DNA from: an uncultured Chloroflexia bacterium
GTDB taxonomy: Bacteria > Chloroflexota > Ktedonobacteria > Ktedonobacterales > JADMIN01
Direction of reading: 5' to 3'
DNA: 32,000 bases
Assembly (NCBI GenBank): GCA_963718915.1
Contig: CAVRAI010000013.1
Coordinates: forward strand, 90,001 to 122,000
Positions within the stretch are counted from its first letter, which is position 1. Every line of letters starts with the position of its first letter. The position numbers were made by a program, and so were the translations under genes. Positions 15,847 to 24,277 of the stretch are shown one piece after another. The notes beneath the pieces are model-generated. The model saw only the letters and a program-made list of their open reading frames with translations, made no database searches and was not told the DNA's origin.

Positions 15847-17163
15847 ATGCACAGATCCAGTCGGCGTAGACTGATTGCGTTGTCGCGTGCTGCTCTGCTG
15901 ATGACGTTTGCGTTGGCGAGCCTTGCGACAATGGTTATGTTTCCAATGCCACCTGCACAAGCTGCGGGACTTGACCCAATCATTCACTGGGATAGCAACA
16001 TGATCTATCCTGGCCAGAATAATGGTTACCCCCGGGGACCGGTCGGCGAACTTGCCACAGTACACGGCGAAAAATTCACGGCGTCGTCTGTGCTTGGGCA
16101 GACGGTCAAGCTGGCGCTGATACAGGGAGATGTCAATAACCCACCTGGAGGTGGTTCGACGTACGAGTTCTGCAAGTTGGCAGGGCCAAAGATTGCCGTT
16201 GGGCAAGCGAATGTCGATGGCACGGGCAAATTTGACTTCAATTTCACCTGGCCTGCCGCCGCTGGATCTGGGATGTACAGTATTTGCGCCTACAATACTC
16301 TCGATGGATTGCCCGCTGGCAACATCGATGATGGGCCGTTCTCTGTGCTTTCGGGTGGCGCCCCAAGCGTTGCTGTCTCACGTACGACAGTCAGCATGGG
16401 TGAGTCGATTACGGTGGCAGGGAAGAATTGGACGCCGCCGCAGGATGTCAATGTCTATATCGCGGCGTGCGTTGATTGTGACGGACCCATCGTCATTGCT
16501 GGCACGGCGCATTCCAGCGGACTTCATGCCGGGACGTTCAGCATGACCTTCACCATCCCAAATGGGGCGACACCAGGAAACTATGTGGCAGGAGCTAACG
16601 CCCATGGCGGCGTTCTGGATGTCGGACCAACTGGCGGCAAACATGTCACAATCGCTGCTGCCGCTCCGTCAGCAACCACACAGCCTACTCCGACGACTGC
16701 TCAATCGACTGTGGCGGTTGGCCCAGGCGGTGAGAATGGCAACGGCAATAATTCCAGCGTCTTCGGTATCTCACCGCTGATACTTATCCTTCTCATCGCG
16801 GGGATCGGTCTGTTGCTGCTGGTTCTCATGATCCTTCTCGTTGTGATGCTTTCACGGCGTGGTGGGAGAAAGCCACCAGCGAGCGCTGTGGGCGGATCGA
16901 CTCCAGGTTGGGCTGGTCCATCTTCTGGATACGGCGGAGACGCGCCACTGCAGGCTGGCGGGACGGTTCAGCAGAATTGGCGCACATTGCCGCCTGGCTG
17001 GGGCGACCAGACACCGCCAACGGTCTCGCCTGGCATGCCGCAAGGCGACGACTCTCCGACGCGCGCGAACTTTTCACAGATTCCGAACGCAGCGTATCCT
17101 CCCGCACCGCCGCCCAATTATCCCGCACCGGGCGGTGAGACGCCAACGCAGCACGATATGTAG
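15847..17163 (+). CDS. Secreted/membrane-anchored surface protein with Pro-rich cytoplasmic tail
   Basis: Signal peptide (MHRSSRRRLIALSRAALLMTFALASLA...AQAAG). Beta-rich extracellular region. TM segment LILILLIAGIGLLLLVLMILLVVML followed by RRGGRK, then a Pro/Gly-rich tail. Confidence 0.7.
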   Translation: MHRSSRRRLIALSRAALLMTFALASLATMVMFPMPPAQAAGLDPIIHWDSNMIYPGQNNGYPRGPVGELATVHGEKFTASSVLGQTVKLALIQGDVNNPPGGGSTYEFCKLAGPKIAVGQANVDGTGKFDFNFTWPAAAGSGMYSICAYNTLDGLPAGNIDDGPFSVLSGGAPSVAVSRTTVSMGESITVAGKNWTPPQDVNVYIAACVDCDGPIVIAGTAHSSGLHAGTFSMTFTIPNGATPGNYVAGANAHGGVLDVGPTGGKHVTIAAAAPSATTQPTPTTAQSTVAVGPGGENGNGNNSSVFGISPLILILLIAGIGLLLLVLMILLVVMLSRRGGRKPPASAVGGSTPGWAGPSSGYGGDAPLQAGGTVQQNWRTLPPGWGDQTPPTVSPGMPQGDDSPTRANFSQIPNAAYPPAPPPNYPAPGGETPTQHDM

Positions 17164-17201
17164 AATGACACTCCGCCTGACCAGCACAATCCGTACAGCT
17201 A

Positions 17202-18116
17202 TTAGAGCTCTTCATGCGAATCATCTGGAGTAGTTAGCAGCACTTTGTGTGGCTGCCATCCCGCTTCATCCACGCGCAGAATACCGAGGAAGCGTCCATC
17301 CGCTGAGTAAGCTCTCAATAGTGGATGCTGGTACGTTGAGGTTTCCGCGGGCAAGGGTAGAGACTGGCCGTAGCGCATGCGCGTTTCATTCTCAGCGCTG
17401 AGAATCGCGGCCCGCCAATCGAGCAATGCTTCATCGGCGGCAAAACAGTGATCTCGCCACGTGTTGTCGCTAAATGCCTGAGCGAGCGCGTCGAGCGTCA
17501 TGCTGGAGGCCAGAGTGAATGGTCCGCTTCTTGTACGTACCAATGCTGCCAGATGAGCTCCCGGACCTAGTCGCTCGCCAAGGTCAAAGGCAAGAGAGCG
17601 GATATACGTGCCCTTGCCGCATTCGACATCGAGCACCAACGTCGGTGATGTCCAATCTACAATGTCAAGAGTGTCAATATGAATTGGCCTGGGCTGCACC
17701 TCAAATGTCTGTCCCGCGCGCGCAAGTGCGTAGAGCCGTTGCCCATCGTGTTTGATCGCGGAATAGAGTGGTGGTCGTTGAAGCTGGTCGCCGATAAAAT
17801 CAGGAAGGGCGGCGGCAATATCGTCGCGAGTGAGCGAGACGGCGGACTCCCATACGATCTGGCCTTCGGAATCATATGAGTCGGTCACAACACCAAAACG
17901 GATGGTCGAGCGGTAAGCCTTGCCGCTCTGGCTGAGATACTCGGCGATCCGAGTCGCCTGTCCTAGAAGAATGGGAAGCACACCGCTGGCCGCTGGGTCG
18001 AGCGTGCCTGCGTGGCCGACCCGCTTTTGCCCAGCCAGCCTACGTACCCGCGCGACGACATCGTGCGAGGTAATTCCAACAGGTTTGTTTATATTGAAGA
18101 TGCCATCTATCGCCAC
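17202..18116 (-). CDS. truB: tRNA pseudouridine(55) synthase
   Basis: GIFNINKPVGITSHDVV...VGHAGTLDPAASGVLPILLGQATR...PPLYSAIKHDGQRLY are present. Confidence 0.9.
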   Translation of the reverse strand: MAIDGIFNINKPVGITSHDVVARVRRLAGQKRVGHAGTLDPAASGVLPILLGQATRIAEYLSQSGKAYRSTIRFGVVTDSYDSEGQIVWESAVSLTRDDIAAALPDFIGDQLQRPPLYSAIKHDGQRLYALARAGQTFEVQPRPIHIDTLDIVDWTSPTLVLDVECGKGTYIRSLAFDLGERLGPGAHLAALVRTRSGPFTLASSMTLDALAQAFSDNTWRDHCFAADEALLDWRAAILSAENETRMRYGQSLPLPAETSTYQHPLLRAYSADGRFLGILRVDEAGWQPHKVLLTTPDDSHEEL

Positions 18117-18286
18117 GCTGGATCCCTTTCACTGTGGCAATGAAGAGGTTGTGGAATGGATTACTGGTCGCCTTCCATTGATTGATACGTTCTCTGCTTG
18201 CAAAGCGCGAATGCTCCCAGATATGATAGCATGGGAGGAGAGCGTGTCGAGCAGGTGCGCGCCCTCAGCAAGAGGAGTTCAATTTC

Positions 18287-19123
18287 GTGCTTCGCTTCGA
18301 ACTTGGAGATCCACAGGCGCCGCGCGGACATGCGTTACTCTATGCTCGTGTGTCAGGCAGCGAGCGGATCGTCGCGACCTATTGCGTGGTACTCCCGATA
18401 TCGTTCTCGATAGGGAAATATCTACCGCCGATGTTTGCGGGCCAGTTACCCCTGGATGCTCTTAATGAAGGGGTATCGTCTGTTAGCGCCATGCCTATTC
18501 CACCGATGTTCGAGGATGTCGAGTCATTCGACGTTGTGCGCCAGCTTGCCGAGAAGCGCGCCGATGACCTCTGTGATATGGGTACATTGGTAGTGTCAGA
18601 TGACAACGCCCGGCTCCAGTTCGCTGCCGAAGGGAGCGCGGAGTACGGTGAGCTGTATGGCGCATATCAGGCCCGCTGGCCCGCTGTTGCTTCCTCGCCG
18701 CATGCAGTTCCGCTCGACGACCTGGACGTGAGCGATGTGCTTGCCTCGATGCTGTCTGAGCGTGCCCGTTTGGGTGAACTTGCCAAATTGATCAGCCAGG
18801 CGCGCTATGCGCTCGAGTTGGATGATCGTCACGCGCTGGATAAAGTTGCCGCTGATATGCATCGGCTTGCCCGACCCCTGCCCGAAAAATATCGCGCTGA
18901 GCAGTTGATAGAGGCGGCGCTCCGCGCGGATGCGGTCGGGCCGAAGCTGGCGGGGCTCTACCTTCAGCGCGCCTATAAGATTCTCGACGAGGATTATATG
19001 AGCATTCCTCCGATTGATGCCGAGATTCGAGCAATCGGCGACGGTTCAACACGAGGAATCACCGACGATGATACGCTGTCTGGCGCCTCGGACGGACCAC
19101 CCGATGACCCAGACGTGGAATAA
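18287..19123 (+). CDS. Hypothetical protein
   Basis: 278-aa ORF with a GTG start and AGGAG 9 nt upstream. No family recognised. The C-terminal tail is acidic. Confidence 0.6.
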   Translation: MLRFELGDPQAPRGHALLYARVSGSERIVATYCVVLPISFSIGKYLPPMFAGQLPLDALNEGVSSVSAMPIPPMFEDVESFDVVRQLAEKRADDLCDMGTLVVSDDNARLQFAAEGSAEYGELYGAYQARWPAVASSPHAVPLDDLDVSDVLASMLSERARLGELAKLISQARYALELDDRHALDKVAADMHRLARPLPEKYRAEQLIEAALRADAVGPKLAGLYLQRAYKILDEDYMSIPPIDAEIRAIGDGSTRGITDDDTLSGASDGPPDDPDVE

Positions 19124-19156
19124 CTGTCCGTACGCAAAAGGAGCGACGTAACGGCT

Positions 19157-20617
19157 ATGGCGACGACGATCTATGCGGATACGACTCCCCTGCTTGAGGC
19201 CATCGCTGCCTCTGACACGGATCGCATACTCCAGGAGACGATTTCTTTGTTGGGCAGGCAGAAAGTACCCGCCGCGAAAATTGCTGGGCGGGTTGGCCTG
19301 GCCGCACTCTGGGGAAATGTGGATCCCCATGCTCTTACAATGCTGGCCACGGTAGGTCGCGTCTCCACGTGGATGCGAACCATTCCGGCAGGGCCAGAGC
19401 CGGGGGACGATGTTCGCCGCCACCTTGCGCCCGTTTATCCACTGGCGCAGTCGTTTCTCGCAGTCGCAGACGCGGTACGCAAAGGGCTGCCAGAGCCACA
19501 TCCGAGCCTCCCGGAACCCATCCTGCCGGGCGAGTTGAAAGATGGGCAGACGGTCTACAGCGCGATACAGGACGCCTATGGGCGTCGCGATCTCAACACA
19601 ATCCGTGCTCTGCTGATGGGATATCACGCTACTGGCGCAGATTATCGCTCCTTCCAGACGGCCATTTATGGTGCGCTTGCTCACCGATATCCCGAGGGCG
19701 GCCATCCGTTGATTTTTGCGCTGAGTAGTTGCCACATCCTGGATATGGGGGAGTGGGGTGATAACGAGCCTCCTATGATTTACTGGTATCCGCCGTTGAT
19801 GCTCGATGGCACGCCCGATACATCAGTTGCGAAGGCTGCCAGCGACTATGCCACGCAGACCGGGCACGATCTCTCCTGGCTGCGCACGCGTCTGTCGATT
19901 CCGAAGGAAGAGCCAGCCGGTGTGGCGTTTCAGCAGGCGCTGCTCGCCGGTGATGGCGTGGCAGCGTGCGATGCGGTCCTTGACGCGCTCCGTAGTGGCG
20001 CAACGCCACGCGGTGTTGCTTCGGGCATGTCACTCGCTGTTGCTGCCCATATCAACGCAGTACCGCAGGGCGATAGCGCCCAGTTGATGCGAGTGGGTCA
20101 TGTGCTGCAGTACGTTCATTCGGTGCAACTTGCTCTGCGGCATACTCAGGAGACGCTGGTTTTCCCTCTGCTCTATACAGCTGCCTGTGCAGTCAATAGC
20201 CTTGGGCCTGTCGGCGCTCCTGTCGTGCAGGGCGCTGGAGCGGCTGGCACGCTCGTCGCTGGTGGACTGATCCCAGGTGTAGTGCTGCGATCATTGGAGC
20301 AGCAGGTTGCTGGCGGGGAGGTTGGGGGCGCGCTTGCTACCGCCCGGCGTTATATCCAAATGGGCCATCCGCCGAGCGGCTTGGCAGGTATCCTGGCAAC
20401 AGGAGCCGCACAACACGATGTTGTTGGTGACGAGGCTGCTCAGCATGTGCTCCCATCGGTGACGGCAGCCTGCGAAGCGTATCTCATGCTTCCGGGCGCT
20501 ATTGCTGAGAGAGGTCAGAACGCACTACTAACGGCAGCGATTCGTCTGGCAGCGGAGGCGCGAGGTGGAACGAACCTTGCCAGTCGCGTCAGCGCTGCCG
20601 TCGAGGAAGCGGTATAA
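19157..20617 (+). CDS. Hypothetical protein (486 aa, Ala/Leu-rich, probably helical)
   Basis: Long ORF with AAGGAG 13 nt upstream. It starts 33 nt after the preceding ORF ends. No family recognised. Confidence 0.65.
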   Translation: MATTIYADTTPLLEAIAASDTDRILQETISLLGRQKVPAAKIAGRVGLAALWGNVDPHALTMLATVGRVSTWMRTIPAGPEPGDDVRRHLAPVYPLAQSFLAVADAVRKGLPEPHPSLPEPILPGELKDGQTVYSAIQDAYGRRDLNTIRALLMGYHATGADYRSFQTAIYGALAHRYPEGGHPLIFALSSCHILDMGEWGDNEPPMIYWYPPLMLDGTPDTSVAKAASDYATQTGHDLSWLRTRLSIPKEEPAGVAFQQALLAGDGVAACDAVLDALRSGATPRGVASGMSLAVAAHINAVPQGDSAQLMRVGHVLQYVHSVQLALRHTQETLVFPLLYTAACAVNSLGPVGAPVVQGAGAAGTLVAGGLIPGVVLRSLEQQVAGGEVGGALATARRYIQMGHPPSGLAGILATGAAQHDVVGDEAAQHVLPSVTAACEAYLMLPGAIAERGQNALLTAAIRLAAEARGGTNLASRVSAAVEEAV

Positions 20618-20726
20618 TCTCCCTGGCGGCTGTGCGCAATAGACAGATCGTGGTGTGTGAGCCGTACGACGATGTGCGGCTCATTCCTGCATCTATGACC
20701 GTTTTGAACAAGTAAAGGAGCGTACG

Positions 20727-21362
20727 GTGCGGTTGGTGGTCGTTCGTCACGGAGCAACGGAGAATAACCTGGCGGCGCAGTTTACTGGGCAATTGGATGT
20801 TCCTCTGAGCGCGATTGGCGAACAGCAGGCGCTGGCATTGGCGACCGCGCTAGCCCACGAGCGCTTCGATGCGCTGATATCGTCAGATTTGCAACGCGCC
20901 CGCGCCACATTAGCGCCTTTGGCGGAGTTGCTGGAGCAATCTGTACGGCTGGATACCGCGCTCCGCGAGATTGGTGTTGGAGTCTGGGAGGGACAAGCTG
21001 GAGCGTCTGTGCGAGCACAGTATCCAGGAGCAATTGAACGCTGGGAATCATCGGAAACGTATGCGCCTGAGGGCGGTGAGACGGTGGCTGCCTTCCGCGC
21101 GCGAATAATCGGGGCGTTTGAGCGTTCTCGTCGCGACTTCCCAAATGGGTCAGTTCTCTGGATGACCCATGGAGGAGTGCTGGGCATGCTCCTATGCCAT
21201 GTACTTGGCATGGATATTCAGCGACGCTGGCAATTTCGGCGCGATAATACAGCTATCTTTGAGTTCGACGTAGGCGCTGACTATTGTATCGTCATGCGCG
21301 CGAATGACATCACGCATCTGCGCCATCTGGAGATTGCTTCCGAACGGGCTCAGGTACTCTGA
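20727..21362 (+). CDS. Histidine phosphatase family protein (phosphoglycerate mutase/CobC-like)
   Basis: LVVVRHGATENN (RHG motif)...SSDLQRA...THGGVL are present. GTG start with AAGGAG upstream. Confidence 0.85.
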   Translation: MRLVVVRHGATENNLAAQFTGQLDVPLSAIGEQQALALATALAHERFDALISSDLQRARATLAPLAELLEQSVRLDTALREIGVGVWEGQAGASVRAQYPGAIERWESSETYAPEGGETVAAFRARIIGAFERSRRDFPNGSVLWMTHGGVLGMLLCHVLGMDIQRRWQFRRDNTAIFEFDVGADYCIVMRANDITHLRHLEIASERAQVL

Positions 21363-21395
21363 ACAGGTAGGCGCGAACAGTTATCGTGCACCAGC

Positions 21396-21416
21396 TTCCT
21401 ATAGTCAAAGACTACA
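21396..21416. promoter_or_regulatory. Palindromic operator-like motif TTCCTATAGTCAAAGACTACA (partner at 26579-26599)
   Basis: 19 of 21 positions are identical to 26579-26599. The inverted half-sites are TATAGTC-N3-GACTA. It lies 20 nt upstream of the ATG at 21437. Confidence 0.35.
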
Positions 21417-21436
21417 CAGTATGGAATAAGAGACCT

Positions 21437-23125
21437 ATGAAACGCCTGAAGCGCCTTTTGAGTAGGCGTGAGCCTTCAGTACCAGTACGTGATTACGAAT
21501 CAAATACGACCTCCTGGTGGGCGTCGGGCGATATGCCTGCGCGCGCGGGCTGCCGTGTGCATCCGCTGATTGATGGACGCGAGGCGATGCACGCCATGTG
21601 CATTGCGTTTCTGCGCGCCGAGCGATTTATCCTGCTGGCGGGATGGGACATACAAGCGAACTTGCTCATGGTACGTGGTGAGGATGCGCGTGCGGGCGCT
21701 GATGGTTCGCCAGAGCAGCAGCGATTGATCGAGCACCTTCGGATGGTGGGTCTGAGCGACGATGCGATTTCAATGTGGACCACTGGCCAACTCCGCGTTG
21801 TAGATGTGCTGGGCTTTGCGGCACGGCGTGGTGTGCGCGTGGGCGTTTTGCTCTGGGATGCCTACCACCTGGGCAGTCATCTGACCAATGATCCTGAAGC
21901 CGAGTACAAGGAATTATCCACGGTCGGGGTGGATTGCCTGCTTGATGACAGCAGCCGGGCGATTAAACATCTTACACAGGCGCTCCATCAGAAATGCGCC
22001 GTCGTGGATGGGCGGACCGCATTTCTGGGCGGCGTTGATTTGACGGCGCAATACACTGGCGACTACGATCGCTGGGATACCCATCATCATCCTGCCAGTT
22101 CGCCTGAGCGACTGGGGGCGTGGTCAGCTCCAGCGCATCCCTGGCACGATGTACACACGCTGATCGAAGGGCCTTCGGTGGCGGACGTTCAGCACAATAT
22201 CGTGCAGCGTTGGCGGGAGGTGGCCGCACGTCACGATCATGATGACTGGCCAGCCCATTTGTCCTCAGCGGCGCATGCTCCGTTGAGCGGTGGCGTAATG
22301 GCCCAGGTGACTCGCACGATCCCACCGCATACGTACCATTTCGCGCCCGATGGAGTGGCTACGATTCGCGAAATGTATGTGCGCGCTTTTAGCCACGCGC
22401 GTTCATACATCTACTGCGAAAACCAATATCTCTGGCCAGAGATATATCTTGGATTGGACACATTGCGCTGGGGTGAGAGAAGCCCCGAGGCGATGGCGGT
22501 ACTTGAGGCGATAGGCGCGGCGCTTGATCGTGGCGTCGCGGTGACGTTCGTTCTCCCAGATCATCCCAATTGTGGGCGGCGCTTCTCCGATGGCGGTATC
22601 GCCTGGCTCAGGCAGCGCAGCCCAGATCCGGTGGCCGCGGGTCGCCTGGCTGTCTTCACGTTGGGCGCTCACGAACGCGATTCCGCTGGGCGTTTTGCCT
22701 ATCGTCCTGTGTATGTTCATGCCAAAGTGGCAATCGTCGATGATCAGTGGTGGACAGCAGGCTCGGCCAACTTGAATAGTCGCGGTCTGCATTCTGACGC
22801 GGAGATCAACATTTCCGTGCAGGATACAGTCACGGCCCGTGAATTGCGGCTACGGCTGTGGAGCGAACACTTACAGCCAGCGGAAGAGGAACGGCGCGCG
22901 CTTGAAGATCCACGTGAAGGGCTGGTGGCGATGCAGGCATCGGCACAGGCGAATCTCCAGCGCGTGCGTCGGGGTGAGGCGCTCGTCGGCCATATGTTGC
23001 CCTATATCGCTGCTGAGAATGCCGAGCAGCTTGGCCTGCCATTCTCATCTGAACATGGCTGGCTCGATAATCTAGAAGGCGGAGCTGGCGCATTACCGAC
23101 ACATTACGCCAACCGCTACCTGTAA
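21437..23125 (+). CDS. Phospholipase D-like protein with two HKD motifs
   Basis: HQKCAVVDGRTAFLGGVDL and VHAKVAIVDDQWWTAGSANLNSRG are present. The start is uncertain (GTG at 21386 or ATG at 21437). I chose 21437 because the palindromic motif lies between them. Confidence 0.8.
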   Translation: MKRLKRLLSRREPSVPVRDYESNTTSWWASGDMPARAGCRVHPLIDGREAMHAMCIAFLRAERFILLAGWDIQANLLMVRGEDARAGADGSPEQQRLIEHLRMVGLSDDAISMWTTGQLRVVDVLGFAARRGVRVGVLLWDAYHLGSHLTNDPEAEYKELSTVGVDCLLDDSSRAIKHLTQALHQKCAVVDGRTAFLGGVDLTAQYTGDYDRWDTHHHPASSPERLGAWSAPAHPWHDVHTLIEGPSVADVQHNIVQRWREVAARHDHDDWPAHLSSAAHAPLSGGVMAQVTRTIPPHTYHFAPDGVATIREMYVRAFSHARSYIYCENQYLWPEIYLGLDTLRWGERSPEAMAVLEAIGAALDRGVAVTFVLPDHPNCGRRFSDGGIAWLRQRSPDPVAAGRLAVFTLGAHERDSAGRFAYRPVYVHAKVAIVDDQWWTAGSANLNSRGLHSDAEINISVQDTVTARELRLRLWSEHLQPAEEERRALEDPREGLVAMQASAQANLQRVRRGEALVGHMLPYIAAENAEQLGLPFSSEHGWLDNLEGGAGALPTHYANRYL

Positions 23126-23259
23126 TGCTCTATCGATAAGTGGCATGGATTGTACTTGACATTGGGATGAAGGCGCCATTCGGATCGCGGTGACCATTAT
23201 CATGAGCAGGCGCGGAGATGGGTGGAAATGGGTGGAGATGCTTGGAAGGAGTCTTTGGG

Positions 23260-24219
23260 GTGGAGCAATCCGGTGTCGCGCGCCAGCTAGCCGACGACCT
23301 GTGGCTTATTGACACGCAATTTCAGGGTGAATGCCTGATAATCGCCTCCTATTTGATTGTCGGAGAGGGTGAGCTGGCGCTGGTCGATGTTGGGGCGGCG
23401 GCGACTCTTGGCGCATTGCTGGCAGGTGTGCGTGCGGCGGGCTTCGATCCGTCGGACATTACGCACCTTCTACTTACCCATGTCCACCTCGATCACGCGG
23501 GGGCTGCGGGAGCGCTTGTTCAGCAGTTGCCGCGCGCGCGGGTCTACGTTCACCGGATTGGCGCGCCGCATCTGATCGATCCCTCGCGTCTGATGAACAG
23601 CGCGACGCGCATCTATGGCGACCAAATGGATCGGCTCTGGGGACGTATGGAGCCGATACCTGAGAATCGCCTCCACATAGTCGAAGATGGCGATGAGATT
23701 CATGTCGGCGCCAGGACGTTGCGCGTTCTTTATACGCCGGGCCATGCGATTCACCATATCGCGCTGTATGATGAGGCGCGCGGTGTAGCGTTTCCTGGCG
23801 ATGTCGCTGGTGTCAGTATTGAAGGCATTGACTTCGTGCGCCCGCCAACTCCACCGCCTGACCTCTCGCTCGAAGACTGGGACGAGAGCATTACCCGGCT
23901 CGAGGCTCTCAGTCTCGAACGTCTCTACCTGCCGCACTTTGGCGAGGTAGCTGCGACAGCTCGGCATTTTGCCACACTGCGGAGCCGACTGCACGAATGG
24001 GGTGAGATCGCGCTCGCGGGCGTACGCGCGGGAGAGGATGAGGCTTCCATTGCCGCCGATTTTGCTTATGCCGCCGATCCAGTCATCTCGGAACTCGCGC
24101 AAAAGGGCGAAACTGCGGCTGACGCGGTGCGTCGTTATGAGTTGGCTACCAACTATCTGATGAGCGCACAAGGATACATCCGCTATTATCAGAAACGTCA
24201 CCCTGAATTGCTACGTTGA
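23260..24219 (+). CDS. MBL-fold metallo-hydrolase
   Basis: LLLTHVHLDHAGAAG (HxHxDH motif) and YTPGHAIHHI are present. The GTG at 23260 is preferred because AAGGAG lies 8 nt upstream. The ORF-track start is 23218. Confidence 0.85.
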   Translation: MEQSGVARQLADDLWLIDTQFQGECLIIASYLIVGEGELALVDVGAAATLGALLAGVRAAGFDPSDITHLLLTHVHLDHAGAAGALVQQLPRARVYVHRIGAPHLIDPSRLMNSATRIYGDQMDRLWGRMEPIPENRLHIVEDGDEIHVGARTLRVLYTPGHAIHHIALYDEARGVAFPGDVAGVSIEGIDFVRPPTPPPDLSLEDWDESITRLEALSLERLYLPHFGEVAATARHFATLRSRLHEWGEIALAGVRAGEDEASIAADFAYAADPVISELAQKGETAADAVRRYELATNYLMSAQGYIRYYQKRHPELLR

Positions 24220-24277
24220 GCGCAGTGGTAAGTACATCGAACGAGCAAGTTGTCTGCCAATTGAGAGGTCGCGACAC

